From assembly GCA_026003015.1 (NCBI GenBank), contig BPGL01000001.1, positions 1,006,717-1,070,716 of the forward strand: a DNA stretch of 64,000 bases, in the 5' to 3' direction. A program made the translations under genes and the position numbers. The DNA comes from Actinomycetota bacterium. GTDB lineage: Bacteria; Actinomycetota; UBA4738; HRBIN12. The stretch's first letter is position 1. The number at the start of each line of letters is the position of its first letter. Positions 1 through 11,626 of this stretch are shown piece after piece. A model generated the notes under the pieces. That model had not been told where the DNA came from. It saw only the letters and a program-made list of their open reading frames with translations, and did no database searches.

Positions 1-896
1 AGGCCTGGGCCTTCCTCCGCCCGTTCCTCGACGGTGCACGGGCGTTCGTCTTCACGCGGGCCGCCTACGTCTGGGAGGGCATCGAGCGGGATCGCGTCGT
101 CATCCTGCCGCCGTGCATCGACGCCTTCTCCTTGAAGAACGTCGAGCTCGACGACGCCGCGCGAGACGCGATCCTCGCCGCCGCCGGCGTCCTTCCCGCG
201 CGTGTCCCGGGCGACCCCGTCTTCCGACGCGGCGACGGACGGGAGGGCCGGGTGACGCACGCGGCCGACGTCCGGCACGTGGAGCCGATCCCCGCCGAGG
301 CACGGCTCGTGGTACAGGTCTCCCGATGGGACCGCCTGAAGGACCCGGTGGGGGTCCTGCAGGGGTTCGCCCGGCACGTCGAGCGTCGCGACGTCCACCT
401 GGTCCTGGCCGGACCGGCCCCCGCGGCCGTCGCCGACGACCCCGAGGCCATGGAGGTGCTCGACGAGGTCGAGGGCGCGTGGGAGGAGCTCCCCCCCGAC
501 GCACGCCGCCGGGCTCACCTCGTGAACGTCCCGACGGTCGACGTCGAGGAGAACGCGGTCATCGTGAACGCGCTCCAGCGACGGGCCGACGTCGTCGTCC
601 AGAAGAGCCTGGCCGAGGGGTTCGGGCTCACCGTCACCGAGGCGATGTGGAAGCGGCGCCCGGTCGTCGCGAGCCGGGTCGGCGGGATCCAGGACCAGAT
701 CGTCGACGGCGAGCACGGTCGACTCGTCGATCCCCGCGACCTCGCGGCGTTCGGCGCCGCCGTGGAGGCGGTGCTGGCCGACCCCGACGCTGCCTCGACG
801 CTCGCAGACGCGGCGCACGATCGGGTCCGTCGCTCGTTCCTCGCGCCGCACTACCTCGCCCGCGGCCTCGAGCTCCTCGAGCGGCTCGACGGGTGA
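1..896 (+). CDS. Glycosyltransferase family 4, C-terminal part. The gene begins upstream of the window.
   Basis: The frame is open from nt 3. It carries the EX7E-type motif EGFGLTVTEAMWKRRPVVASRVGGI typical of GT4 retaining transferases. Confidence 0.7.
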   Translation, partial: AWAFLRPFLDGARAFVFTRAAYVWEGIERDRVVILPPCIDAFSLKNVELDDAARDAILAAAGVLPARVPGDPVFRRGDGREGRVTHAADVRHVEPIPAEARLVVQVSRWDRLKDPVGVLQGFARHVERRDVHLVLAGPAPAAVADDPEAMEVLDEVEGAWEELPPDARRRAHLVNVPTVDVEENAVIVNALQRRADVVVQKSLAEGFGLTVTEAMWKRRPVVASRVGGIQDQIVDGEHGRLVDPRDLAAFGAAVEAVLADPDAASTLADAAHDRVRRSFLAPHYLARGLELLERLDG

Positions 897-899
897 GCC

Positions 900-1517
900 T
901 CAGCCCTCCTGGCGAACCGTTCCCGCCTCGGTCACCCGCAGATCGGTGAGGCCCGAGTGCACGCGCTCGCCCCGGACGAGCACGGCGTCGTCCTCGATGT
1001 AGCCGAGCTCCCGGAGCTTCGCGAGGACCTTGCGCAGCGACTCCTCGGGCGTCTCGACGAGCGTGTCGAGCACGAGCTCGGGGTTCTCCGGGACCTCGTA
1101 GGGGTCGTCGACCCCCGTGAAGCCGGTGATCTCACCGGCGAGCGCTTTGCGGTACAGACCCTTGGGATCGCGGTTCGCGGCGATCTCCTCGACCGTCGCG
1201 TAGACGTAGACCTCGACGAAGTCGCCGATCAGCGCCCGGGCCTCGTCGCGGGTCTGGCGGTACGGGGAGATCGGGCAGCAGATCGTGGCGACGCCGTTGC
1301 GGGTGAGCAGGTGCGCCACGAACGCGATCCGCCGGATGTTCGTGTCGCGGTCCTCCTTGGAGAACCCGAGACCCTTGGACAGGTTCTGGCGCACCACGTC
1401 GCCGTCGAGGATCTCGGTCTTCAAGCCTCGGGCCTTCAGCTCGTGGTACAGGAGCTCGGCGATCGTCGACTTCCCCGAGCCCGACAGCCCGGTGAACCAG
1501 ACGGTGAAACCCGTCAC
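900..1517 (-). CDS. cysC: Adenylylsulfate (APS) kinase
   Basis: It has a Walker A motif GLSGSGKST and is APS-kinase-like throughout. The GTG start overlaps the stop of the upstream gene (GTGA). Confidence 0.85.
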   Translation of the reverse strand: MTGFTVWFTGLSGSGKSTIAELLYHELKARGLKTEILDGDVVRQNLSKGLGFSKEDRDTNIRRIAFVAHLLTRNGVATICCPISPYRQTRDEARALIGDFVEVYVYATVEEIAANRDPKGLYRKALAGEITGFTGVDDPYEVPENPELVLDTLVETPEESLRKVLAKLRELGYIEDDAVLVRGERVHSGLTDLRVTEAGTVRQEG

Positions 1518-2920
1518 AGGAAGCTCCTCCCGACGGCCGCCGGCAGGGCAGGCTCCGGCTCGATCCCGTAGATCGACAGGATCGACGGCCCGACGTCGAC
1601 GAGCTGGAGAGGGTCGAGTCGGCCGGTCGGCTGACCCGGCAGGCCGCTCATCACGAACACGCCGTCGCGATCGTGGTTCGCGCCGTCGGGCCCGGTGTCG
1701 TTCTCGTAGGTGAACAGGCTCGGGTTGCCGACCGAGCCGACCGAACGCCAGGCGAGGTCGCCGAAGTACACGATCAGGTCGGGCGCGACCCCGCGGACCT
1801 CCGGGTAGACCTCCTGGGGCTTGAGCACCCGCGTGCCGAGCGGCCGCCCGTCCGGGCCGAGCTGCGCCTCGAGCTTCGCGATGAGCTCGTCACGGACCTC
1901 CTCGTAGCGCGAGGGCTCGACGATCCCCTGAGGCTCACGCCCCTTGACGTTGAGGAACAGCCGGCCGTAGTAGCCGCCGTCGCCCCAGGCGATCGTGCGG
2001 CTCCAGTCGACCGTCACGTCCTTGAACGGCGTCGGACCCGCCACCGGCTCGGCGAGCCGAAGGTAGCCCTCCTGGATCAGCCAGTCGTTGAAGCACAGAC
2101 CGCCCATCATCGCGCGAGCGCCGTGGTCGGACATCACGATCACGACGGCGTCGTCGGGGACCTGCTCCAGGAGCGAGGCGACCTGGCGATCCAGGAACCG
2201 GTAGTAGTCGTGGAACACCCCTTCGAACCGGTTGCCCGGCTCGTAGCGCGGGTGCTGGGGGTCGTAGTACTCCCAGAACACGTGGTGCAGCCGGTCGGGC
2301 GCGATGTCGCACAGCACGAACAGGTCCCACGGCTTCGTGCGCATCAGCCGGCGCCCTACCTGGAAGCGCCGTTCGGTCATCGCGAACAGCTGCTCGAGGG
2401 CGACATCGAAGCCGACCTCGCGGAAGTTCGGGATGTCGAAGATGTAGGCGCCCCTGTCCCCGAGCTCCTCCTCGATCTCGACCTCGAGCTCGGCGGGGTA
2501 GGCCCAGCGCTCCGCGGACGGCGGGGTGAGGAAGCAGCCCACCCGCCACCCCGGGAACTCCTTCGGCGGTGGGAAGCCGGGCGGCACCCCGATCAGCACC
2601 GAGCGCATCCCGCGGGCGCCGAGCACGTCCCAGACCGCCGGCGCCTTGACCGAGCCGCTGTGCGCGATCGCGAGGCCGTCGTAGGTCGTGTCCTTGCGGT
2701 TGCGGAAGCCGTAGATGCCGAGCTGGCCCGGAACGGTGCCGGTCATCGCGCAGGCCCAGGCCGGAACGGTGATCGGCGGCGTGATGCTCGCGAGGTCCGC
2801 GTACATCCCCTCCGCCATGAGCTTCGAGATCGTCGGGACCTCGGCCGCGAGGTCGTCGAAGAGCAGGCGCGGCGGGACGCAGTCGAGGCCGATCACCACG
2901 ACGCGGGGGCCTTGCTGCAT
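1514..2920 (-). CDS. Alkaline-phosphatase-superfamily type I phosphodiesterase / nucleotide pyrophosphatase (NPP-like)
   Basis: It has a threonine-nucleophile region [17 protein letters not shown] and an SDHG metal-site motif (VIVMSDHGA). The ATG at 2920 follows a GGAGGTG SD. Confidence 0.7.
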   Translation of the reverse strand: MQQGPRVVVIGLDCVPPRLLFDDLAAEVPTISKLMAEGMYADLASITPPITVPAWACAMTGTVPGQLGIYGFRNRKDTTYDGLAIAHSGSVKAPAVWDVLGARGMRSVLIGVPPGFPPPKEFPGWRVGCFLTPPSAERWAYPAELEVEIEEELGDRGAYIFDIPNFREVGFDVALEQLFAMTERRFQVGRRLMRTKPWDLFVLCDIAPDRLHHVFWEYYDPQHPRYEPGNRFEGVFHDYYRFLDRQVASLLEQVPDDAVVIVMSDHGARAMMGGLCFNDWLIQEGYLRLAEPVAGPTPFKDVTVDWSRTIAWGDGGYYGRLFLNVKGREPQGIVEPSRYEEVRDELIAKLEAQLGPDGRPLGTRVLKPQEVYPEVRGVAPDLIVYFGDLAWRSVGSVGNPSLFTYENDTGPDGANHDRDGVFVMSGLPGQPTGRLDPLQLVDVGPSILSIYGIEPEPALPAAVGRSFL

Positions 2921-3041
2921 GCGTTCACCTCCACGGCTATCGGACACGTGACGCCGGGCACGACCGACCACCCGGGTGCGAACGGCGGTGCCGCGTATCC
3001 TACCAGCTCACCCGGACCGGCCGGCCGGTGGAGGCGGTGCT

Positions 3042-3446
3042 GCGATGACGTTCCTGCGACGGGTCCTGCGGGCCCAGGCGATCCTGTGGGCCCTTGCCGG
3101 CGCCGTGCTGGCCTCGGTCCCGGCCCGCCTGCACCGAGACCTGCTCGACCAGCCGCCGCTGCCCGAGTACGCGTGGGTGCGGATCGCGGGGGTCATGGCC
3201 GTCGTGCTCGCGATGCTCATGGTCCTCGTGAGCGAGCATCTGGCGGAGCTGTGGTGGTGGACGTGGTCCTTCGCCCTGCTCGCGGCCGGCACCGCCACCG
3301 TCGCGGCGCTGAACGCCGCCATCGGGGTCGCACCGGGGGCGCCCGCCTGGCCCTGGTGGGTCCTGGCGACCGTGAACGCGGTGGTCGGAGCGCTCGACCT
3401 GATCGGGCTCTCGCGGGCGAGCCGCGAGCGGCCGATCGTGCCCTAG
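3042..3446 (+). CDS. Small hydrophobic (about 4 TM) hypothetical membrane protein
   Basis: The ORF encodes predicted TM helices. The ATG at 3042 follows GGAGG. The longer form from 2976 lacks an SD. Confidence 0.4.
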   Translation, partial: AMTFLRRVLRAQAILWALAGAVLASVPARLHRDLLDQPPLPEYAWVRIAGVMAVVLAMLMVLVSEHLAELWWWTWSFALLAAGTATVAALNAAIGVAPGAPAWPWWVLATVNAVVGALDLIGLSRASRERPIVP

Positions 3447-3447
3447 C

Positions 3448-4503
3448 CTAGCGGGCCGCGGCGATCCGCTCGAGGGCGAGACGCTCTGCGGCCTCGGCGG
3501 TCGTGATCCGCTCGCGGTCGGCGATCGCGAAGACCTCGGCGAGCGTCCGCTCGATCCCGGCGAGCCTCGCGTGGACCTCGGCCTCGTCCCAGCCGAGCAC
3601 CTCGCGGCCGGCGAGGTGGATCACGCCGCCGGCGTTGGCGACGAAGTCGGGCGCGTACACGATCCCCGCCTCCTGGAGCCGTCGCGCGTCCTCGGGGGTG
3701 GCGAGCTGGTTGTTGGCCGCGCCCGCCACGACGCGGCACGCGAGACGGCCGATCGTGTCCTCGGCGAGGACGCCCCCGGTCGCGCAGGGCGCGAACACGT
3801 CGCAGGGGGTGCCGACCACCTCCTCGGCCGCGACGGGCTTCGCGAGCGCCCCGACGGCGGCCGTCCGATCCGGATCGACGTCGGCGACCAGGACCTCGGC
3901 CCCGGCCTCGTGGAGGAGCTCGACGAGGCGCCGGCCCACCGACCCCACCCCCTGGACGAGCGCGCGTCGCCCTGCGACGTCGGCAGCGCCGAACGCGCGC
4001 TCGCACGCGGCACGGATCGCATGGAAGACGCCGACGGCGGTCGCCGGGCCCGGATCGCCCGCGCCGCCGCGCCCCGGCGAGCGCCCGAGGACGTGGTCCG
4101 TGCGCTCGGCGACCACGTCGAGCTCCGCGCTGCCGGTGTTCATATCGGCCGCGGTCACGTACGTCCCTCCCAGCGCCTCGACGAGGTCGCCGTAGCGCCG
4201 GAAGAGACCCCGCCAGGAGGACGAACCGCGCTCCGGCAGCTCGGGGACCGCGAGCACGGCCTTGCCCCCGCCGAAGGGGAGGCGGGCGACGGCCTGCTTG
4301 AGCGACATCGCGCGCGCGAGGAGCAGGGCGTCGGCGATCGCGTCCTCGAGGCGAGGGTAGGGCTTCATCCTCGTGCCCCCCATCGCCGGCCCGAGCGCCG
4401 TGGAGTGCACGGCGACCAGCATGAAGGCACCGCTGGGCGGATCGAAGCGGACGACGAGCTCCTCGCCGTCCCAGTCCCGCAGCAACGCGTCCAGACCCGC
4501 CAC
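3448..4503 (-). CDS. Glu/Leu/Phe/Val dehydrogenase family (leucine/phenylalanine dehydrogenase-like)
   Basis: The N-terminal domain motif FDPPSGAFMLVAVHSTALGPAMGGTRMKPY is present, with a Rossmann GVGSVG. The start is uncertain. The annotated ORF start at 4605 lies inside a terminator-like hairpin. Confidence 0.7.
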   Translation of the reverse strand: MAGLDALLRDWDGEELVVRFDPPSGAFMLVAVHSTALGPAMGGTRMKPYPRLEDAIADALLLARAMSLKQAVARLPFGGGKAVLAVPELPERGSSSWRGLFRRYGDLVEALGGTYVTAADMNTGSAELDVVAERTDHVLGRSPGRGGAGDPGPATAVGVFHAIRAACERAFGAADVAGRRALVQGVGSVGRRLVELLHEAGAEVLVADVDPDRTAAVGALAKPVAAEEVVGTPCDVFAPCATGGVLAEDTIGRLACRVVAGAANNQLATPEDARRLQEAGIVYAPDFVANAGGVIHLAGREVLGWDEAEVHARLAGIERTLAEVFAIADRERITTAEAAERLALERIAAAR

Positions 4504-4567
4504 GGGCCCCGAGTCTAGGAGGGGCGCCGCGCCGGCGCCCGCGGGGCTGCTCGGCTCAGACGCGCGA

Positions 4568-4595
4568 GGGGGCGGCTCGAACACGAGCCGCCCCC
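4568..4595 (-). terminator. GC-rich hairpin (12-bp stem, 4-nt loop) 18 nt downstream of the groEL stop
   Basis: The sequence is gggggcggctcg-aaca-cgagccgccccc. It has no clear U-tract, as is common in high-GC actinobacteria. Confidence 0.4.
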
Positions 4596-4612
4596 GTAGG
4601 TGCATCGGCGCG

Positions 4613-6598
<1,986 letters not shown>

Positions 6599-6628
6599 CG
6601 GTCAACCTCCTTCGTCCGCCCCGGTGGG

Positions 6629-6655
6629 TTAGCACTCGGATACCGGGAGTGCTAA
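6629..6655. promoter_or_regulatory. CIRCE (HrcA operator) inverted repeat
   Basis: TTAGCACTC-N9-GAGTGCTAA is a perfect consensus. It lies 31 nt upstream of the groES start. Confidence 0.9.
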
Positions 6656-6656
6656 C

Positions 6657-6686
6657 AGCATAGCGAGGAGAGTGCCAGGGGGTCAA
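6657..6686 (-). promoter_or_regulatory. Putative groES promoter: -35 TTGACC, 18-nt spacer, -10 TATGCT directly upstream of CIRCE
   Basis: The spacing and the position relative to CIRCE are typical of HrcA-controlled promoters. Confidence 0.4.
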
Positions 6687-6790
6687 ACGGGCATCGGGCT
6701 TGGGAACCGTGCCCGGCACCGAGCGTCTGATCAGCAGCGATGGCCACCTCGAGGGTCAAACGGGCATCGGGCTTGGGAACCGTGCCCGGC
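6679..6790. repeat. Two copies of a ~38-bp direct repeat (GGGTCAAACGGGCATCGGGCTTGGGAACCGTGCCCGGC) spaced about 72 bp apart
   Basis: Copy 1 spans 6679-6717 and copy 2 spans 6752-6790. Copy 1 supplies the -35 (TTGACC on the minus strand) of the putative groES promoter. Confidence 0.8.
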
Positions 6791-6849
6791 GTGCCGAGAC
6801 CTGGGAGGATAGGGAACCGCGGAACGCACGGACCGGTTGGGGGTGACGG

Positions 6850-8592
6850 ATGGCCACATCGACCGCGGAGGTCCTGGATCTCCGTGACTACGTGCAGGTG
6901 CTCCGGCTGCGGAAGTGGTCGGTCGTCGTCACCACCTTCCTCGTCGCCGGCCTGGCCCTGGCGCAGGCGCTGACCCAGGCCGAGACCTACCAGTCGATCG
7001 CGAAGGTCCTCGTCTTGCCGGTGACGATCCCGGGAACCGAGATCGCGCCGAACCAGCAGATCCTGATGCCCAACGAGCTCGAGGTCGCCACCTCAGCGAG
7101 CGTCGCGGAGATCGCGGCGCGCAACGCCGACGCCCTCGGAGCCCCGCTGGGGACGGTGCGCGTGACGGCGCCCACCGACACCCAGACCCTGGTGTTCGAG
7201 GGCTACGCCCGCGACCCGAGGAGCGCCCAGGTCACCGCGCAGACCTACGCCGACGCCTACCTCGAGTTCCGGCGGGGGAACTTGCTGTCGAGCATCAACG
7301 CGCGGCTCGTGTCGGTCGGCGAGCTGATCGACGACCTCGAGAACCGCCGCGATCAGCTGCTCGCGGACCTCGCGGAGGCGAGCCCCCAAGAGGCGCAGGC
7401 CATCCAGTTCCAGCTGAACTCGATCAACAGCGAACTGCAGCTTCGCCAGCAGGAGCACAACGAGCTCTCGTTGGCGGCCGAGATCCCGGTCGGCAGGATC
7501 CTGCAGGAGGCCACCGCGCCCCAGGGTCCGTACAGCCCCCGGCCGCTGCGCAACCTCGCGATCGGCCTCGTGCTCGGCCTCGTGCTGGGCGTGGGGCTCG
7601 CCCTGCTGCGGGACCGGCTCGACCAGCGGCTCCGCGGCAGCGAGGACGTCGAGGCGGTGGCAGGCGCGCCGGTCCTCGGGCGGGTGCCCCGCGCGCCGTC
7701 GCTGCACCGTCTGATCGCCGTCGGACGCGGCGGGGACGCGCACGCCGCGGAGGCGTTCCGAGCGCTTCGGACCCGGGTGCTGTTCGGAAGCTCCAAGGAG
7801 GGCTTCCGGACCGTGATGATCACGAGCTCGGCCCAGGGGGAAGGCAAGACGACCGTCGCGGCGAACCTCGCCGCGGCCCTCGCCCAGGCCGACACCCGGA
7901 TCGTCCTCGTGTCGGCGGACCTGCACCACCCCGGCCTGTGGCGCTACCTCCCGGAACGCGGCAAGGGGCTGGCGGACGTGCTGGCCGGCACGGCGAGCCT
8001 GGACGAGACGCTCGTTCCGACGACCTACGACCACCTCTCGTTCCTGCCGAGCGGGACGATCGAGGACGTGCCGGAAGCGGCCCTCGGGTCGGCCGACATG
8101 TTCCGCGTGCTCGAGCAGCTCGCCGAGCGGGCCGACCTCGTCGTGATCGACGCCCCGCCGGTGCCCGGCGTCTCCGACACCCTCGATCTCGCCTCGCTCG
8201 TCGATCGGGTCGTGCTCGTGGTCGACGCGAGCCAGGCGAACAAGGATCGGGTGCGCGAGGCCGTGTCCGAGCTGCGATCCGTCGGAGCCACGATCCTCGG
8301 AGCGGTCCTCACCAGGGTCGACCCCGGGCGGTTCGGCTACGCCTACACGTACCGCTACGGCGCCCGGCGAGAAACCCAGGATCAGCACGAGCCGACCGAG
8401 ACCCTGCCGGCGCCGGCGCCCGTCCCGGCCCCCCAGGGGTCGCGGTCCGTCCCGACCCGGGGTTCCGCGTCGGCCTCGGCTCGCCCGGAGCTCGCCCCCG
8501 TCTCGACGCCCCCGCCGCCCGCGCGGGGCGCGCGTCAGACCCCTCCCGCCGAGATCCCGCCGCGTCGGGACGCCGGGGCGGGCGACGGCTAG
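6850..8592 (+). CDS. Polysaccharide co-polymerase / BY-tyrosine autokinase (Wzc-like, chain-length determinant)
   Basis: The N-terminus has TM and Wzz-like parts. The C-terminus has Walker A SSAQGEGKTT and a tyrosine cluster YAYTYRYG. Confidence 0.85.
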   Translation: MATSTAEVLDLRDYVQVLRLRKWSVVVTTFLVAGLALAQALTQAETYQSIAKVLVLPVTIPGTEIAPNQQILMPNELEVATSASVAEIAARNADALGAPLGTVRVTAPTDTQTLVFEGYARDPRSAQVTAQTYADAYLEFRRGNLLSSINARLVSVGELIDDLENRRDQLLADLAEASPQEAQAIQFQLNSINSELQLRQQEHNELSLAAEIPVGRILQEATAPQGPYSPRPLRNLAIGLVLGLVLGVGLALLRDRLDQRLRGSEDVEAVAGAPVLGRVPRAPSLHRLIAVGRGGDAHAAEAFRALRTRVLFGSSKEGFRTVMITSSAQGEGKTTVAANLAAALAQADTRIVLVSADLHHPGLWRYLPERGKGLADVLAGTASLDETLVPTTYDHLSFLPSGTIEDVPEAALGSADMFRVLEQLAERADLVVIDAPPVPGVSDTLDLASLVDRVVLVVDASQANKDRVREAVSELRSVGATILGAVLTRVDPGRFGYAYTYRYGARRETQDQHEPTETLPAPAPVPAPQGSRSVPTRGSASASARPELAPVSTPPPPARGARQTPPAEIPPRRDAGAGDG

Positions 8593-9878
8593 AGGTCGGT
8601 GAAGCGAGCGAGGAAGTAGCGGTCCACGCAGGGCGCGGGGCTCTGCGTGCCGTCGCAGACCTGGGTGAACTGACCTCCGACCCAAACCCGATCCCCGGCG
8701 TCGGTCACGAGGATGTCCCACGGACCGTAGAACTTGCCCTCGAAGTTCGGTCGCCAGGTGAGATCGCAGTTGCCGTTGAGGTCGGTGACCCCGAACCGGG
8801 CCGTCTTCGGCTTGGACTGCGAGCAGGTCCCCGCCGGGTACGTGACGCCTCCGCCGAAGTGCCCGCCGAAGTACACGCGGTCGTCCCCCGTCGCGGAGGT
8901 TCCCTGGTCGTTCACGGCCACCGTCTGCACGTTCCCGGAGGTCTGGCGGATCCACAGCGCCTCACCGTCGTCGTCGGCGACGTCGAAGGCGTACAGGAAG
9001 TTCTGGCCGCCGATCCCGACGAACAGGCGCTGGGTCGCGCAGCTCAGAGCGAGATCGTAGGCGACCGATCCGTTGCCGATCTCCGCGTCGCGGGTGGCCC
9101 AGGCCTCGAGCGCACCGGTGGCGGCGTCGAAGCGCGCGACGCTGTCGCGGGTGACGAGCGACCCCCCCTGCCCGGCGGCCTGCTCGAAGAGCCCCCCGGC
9201 GTAGACCGAGTCCCCAGCGCAGTCGAACAGCAGGCTCCGCACCGACCCGGCCGTGCGCGGATGCCAGGGAAGCAGCGCCCCCGACGTGTCGAACGCCGCG
9301 AGGAAGCTTCGGCCCACACCGTCCACGTTCGTGAAGTAGCCGCCGACGTACACGGTGGTCGGCGAGGCGATCATCGCGCGGATCGGCTTCGCGAGGCTCC
9401 CCCCGACGTTGGCATCCACGCCGGGGTCGAGGACACCGCCGGCCTCCGACACAGCGGCGAAGTTCATCCGCGGCACCCCGTCGACGAGGTCGAACTTCCC
9501 ACCGAAGAAGACCTTGCCGCCGGCCACGGCGATCGCGTAGACGGTGGCTCGCTTGCCGTCGGTGCGCGTGACCTCCACCTTCCAGGTCCGGTCGACCTCG
9601 CCCGTCGCGGCGTTCAAGCGGGCGATCCCGATCGAGCGAACGGTCGAGCCGGGCTGCCCGGGAGGGGTGGAGCGAACCCTCGTGAACTGGCCGCCGATGT
9701 AGACGTGGTCGCCGGCGCGCACGACCGCGTAGACCGTGCCGTTCGTCATCCACGTGGGGTCGGGCACCTCGTCGAAGGCGCGGGCGGGCGGCGCCAGTGC
9801 CGCCACCAGGACCAGGGCGGGCAGGGCCGCGCGCACGCGCCGCCGGACCCGTCGGGCGATCGTCATCCCAAGCACCAC
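8589..9878 (-). CDS. Secreted repeat (beta-propeller-like) protein
   Basis: It has a signal peptide and a recurring GGxFtxVxG...ARLnAaTGevD motif. Confidence 0.55.
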   Translation of the reverse strand: MVLGMTIARRVRRRVRAALPALVLVAALAPPARAFDEVPDPTWMTNGTVYAVVRAGDHVYIGGQFTRVRSTPPGQPGSTVRSIGIARLNAATGEVDRTWKVEVTRTDGKRATVYAIAVAGGKVFFGGKFDLVDGVPRMNFAAVSEAGGVLDPGVDANVGGSLAKPIRAMIASPTTVYVGGYFTNVDGVGRSFLAAFDTSGALLPWHPRTAGSVRSLLFDCAGDSVYAGGLFEQAAGQGGSLVTRDSVARFDAATGALEAWATRDAEIGNGSVAYDLALSCATQRLFVGIGGQNFLYAFDVADDDGEALWIRQTSGNVQTVAVNDQGTSATGDDRVYFGGHFGGGVTYPAGTCSQSKPKTARFGVTDLNGNCDLTWRPNFEGKFYGPWDILVTDAGDRVWVGGQFTQVCDGTQSPAPCVDRYFLARFTDL

Positions 9879-10125
9879 CTCGAGCTCTGCGCCAGCTCCG
9901 GGGGGATCTGGCGATACCGGGACGTTCGGCCTGGGGGCGCCCGGATGGGCGGGTCCCCCGTCGCGGGGACCTTACCATCCCCCGCGGGCGTCCACGATGC
10001 GGAGAACCCCGGACCGTTCGTACGCACCTCTGCGTAGGAGGACCGTCCGCCCTCGGACGCCGGACCGACCGCCTCTGACCTCGGGGGTTGTCTCGAACCG
10101 CCCACCGCACTAGCCTCTTCGGGAC

Positions 10126-11388
10126 ATGCGGACCTGGGCGCGCCCGACGACCGTCGGCACCCTCGCGGCGCTCGCCGTTACCCTGCTCGCGCCGGCCGTC
10201 CGGGCGGCGCCGCCGTCGAGCAGCACCGCGGACAACGGCGTCTTCATGGTCGACGGGCCGGTGGTCAACGACGTCGTCGTCGTTGGCGGCAACGCGTGGA
10301 TCGGCGGCGCGTTCTCTGAGGTCCAGGACCAGAGCGGCAGCCGCGTGGCCGGAGCCCGCGGCCTCACGGTCTTCGGTCCGACGGGGCAGCTCGTCGGCTC
10401 GATCCATGCGAGCCTGCCCGAGCTCGGAGGCACCTCCCCGACCGTGTTCGACCTGTCGCTCGGCCCCAACGGAACGCTGTACGCGGCCGGCAAGTTCACC
10501 TACACGGTCGGTGGGAAGACCTACAAGAACCTCGTCGGGATCGACCCGGCCACGGGCGGCGTCGTCGCCACCTACATCGCCAACCCCTTGAAGTCGGTCC
10601 TCGCCACCTCGGACTACGTCTACGGCGGCGGTCGGAAGCTCTGGCGGTTCAAGCTCGGCGGTGGGCCGGCCAGCGATGGGTGGCACACGATGACGGCCTA
10701 CGTCGACGGGAGCCTCCGCGGCCACACGATCCAGCCCGCGTTCCGCGAGATCGAGCTCGCGTCGGCGACGCGGCTGATCGTCGTGGGCCAGTTCGACTGG
10801 ATCGATGGGACCGGGACCGCGAACCAGAAGAAGGTCGCGGTGATGGTGAACGTCGCAACCGGTCAGCCCGACCTCGGCACCGGCAGTTGGACCCTCGGGT
10901 GCTCCTGCGCCCGACAGGAGAGCGCGGCCTTCGGCCACGCGGTCGACGTCGATGCCACCGCCGGGATCGCCTACGTGGGCGCGGGGGGGAACGACTGGTT
11001 GGCGGCGGTCCGGCTGTCCGATGGATCGGTCGTGTGGCAAACGGACACGAACGGCTCGGTCCAGGACCTCGCGGTCTACGACGCCGAGACGCTGATCGTC
11101 GGCGGCCACTGGACGTATATCGAGCTCGTGGGCCCCAACGACCAGAGCGGGTCGGAGTGCCCGTCGAGGACGTCGAGCGACCCGGGCACCTGCTGGGCGC
11201 AGCCACGGCTCGCCGCGCTGAGCCGGGCCAACGGCCTGCCGCACACGTCCTGGACGCCCGCGCCGTGCTGCAAGTACCGCGGGATCTGGGCGACGACCGT
11301 CGAGGGCGCCCGGGTGCACGTCGGGGGTGAGTTCACGAAGCTCGACACCGAGAGCGGCCCCGAGCGCTTCTACGGTCGCTTCAGCTGA
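10126..11388 (+). CDS. Secreted repeat (beta-propeller-like) protein. Distant paralog of the 8589-9878 gene.
   Basis: It has a signal peptide (LAALAVTLLAPAVRA) and the same kind of GGxF...G repeat units. Confidence 0.55.
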   Translation: MRTWARPTTVGTLAALAVTLLAPAVRAAPPSSSTADNGVFMVDGPVVNDVVVVGGNAWIGGAFSEVQDQSGSRVAGARGLTVFGPTGQLVGSIHASLPELGGTSPTVFDLSLGPNGTLYAAGKFTYTVGGKTYKNLVGIDPATGGVVATYIANPLKSVLATSDYVYGGGRKLWRFKLGGGPASDGWHTMTAYVDGSLRGHTIQPAFREIELASATRLIVVGQFDWIDGTGTANQKKVAVMVNVATGQPDLGTGSWTLGCSCARQESAAFGHAVDVDATAGIAYVGAGGNDWLAAVRLSDGSVVWQTDTNGSVQDLAVYDAETLIVGGHWTYIELVGPNDQSGSECPSRTSSDPGTCWAQPRLAALSRANGLPHTSWTPAPCCKYRGIWATTVEGARVHVGGEFTKLDTESGPERFYGRFS

Positions 11389-11452
11389 GCCGGGAGGAGG
11401 TGAGCGCCTACCGACGAGCACCGACCGCAAGGCGAGACAGGAAGGAGATCCT

Positions 11453-11626
11453 ATGCGTGAGCACAGCATCTTCCGACTCCTGGTCGCGATCGTTCCCCGG
11501 CGTCGGCCCCGCGCCGACGTTCCCCCCGTGACCCCTCAGATCCGGTGCCGGCCCCCTCGGCGGATCCTCCCGCCACCCCGGCTCCTCCCCCGACCCCTCC
11601 CGCTGAACCTCCCGCAGACGACGTAG
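11453..11626 (+). CDS. Candidate 57-aa small ORF, Pro/Arg-rich
   Basis: The ATG is 5 nt from a strong GGAAGGAG SD. The composition is what GC-rich DNA produces, so this is weak. Confidence 0.2.
   Translation: MREHSIFRLLVAIVPRRRPRADVPPVTPQIRCRPPRRILPPPRLLPRPLPLNLPQTT

Noticed and set aside
4596-4605. The annotated start of the amino-acid dehydrogenase ORF at 4605
   Set aside because: It is the reverse complement of the groEL terminator-like hairpin. A downstream GTG (4503) is more plausible.
6915-10037. A 1040-aa plus-strand ORF and many other 300-900-aa ORFs (for example 8962..11469, 11701..14064, 14118..16502, 35814..38504, 36746..38518, 19641..21146)
   Set aside because: Their translations are Arg/Pro/Gly/Ala-rich, which is typical of antisense or off-frame reading of 72% GC DNA. 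They overlap genes on the other strand that have clear family signatures.
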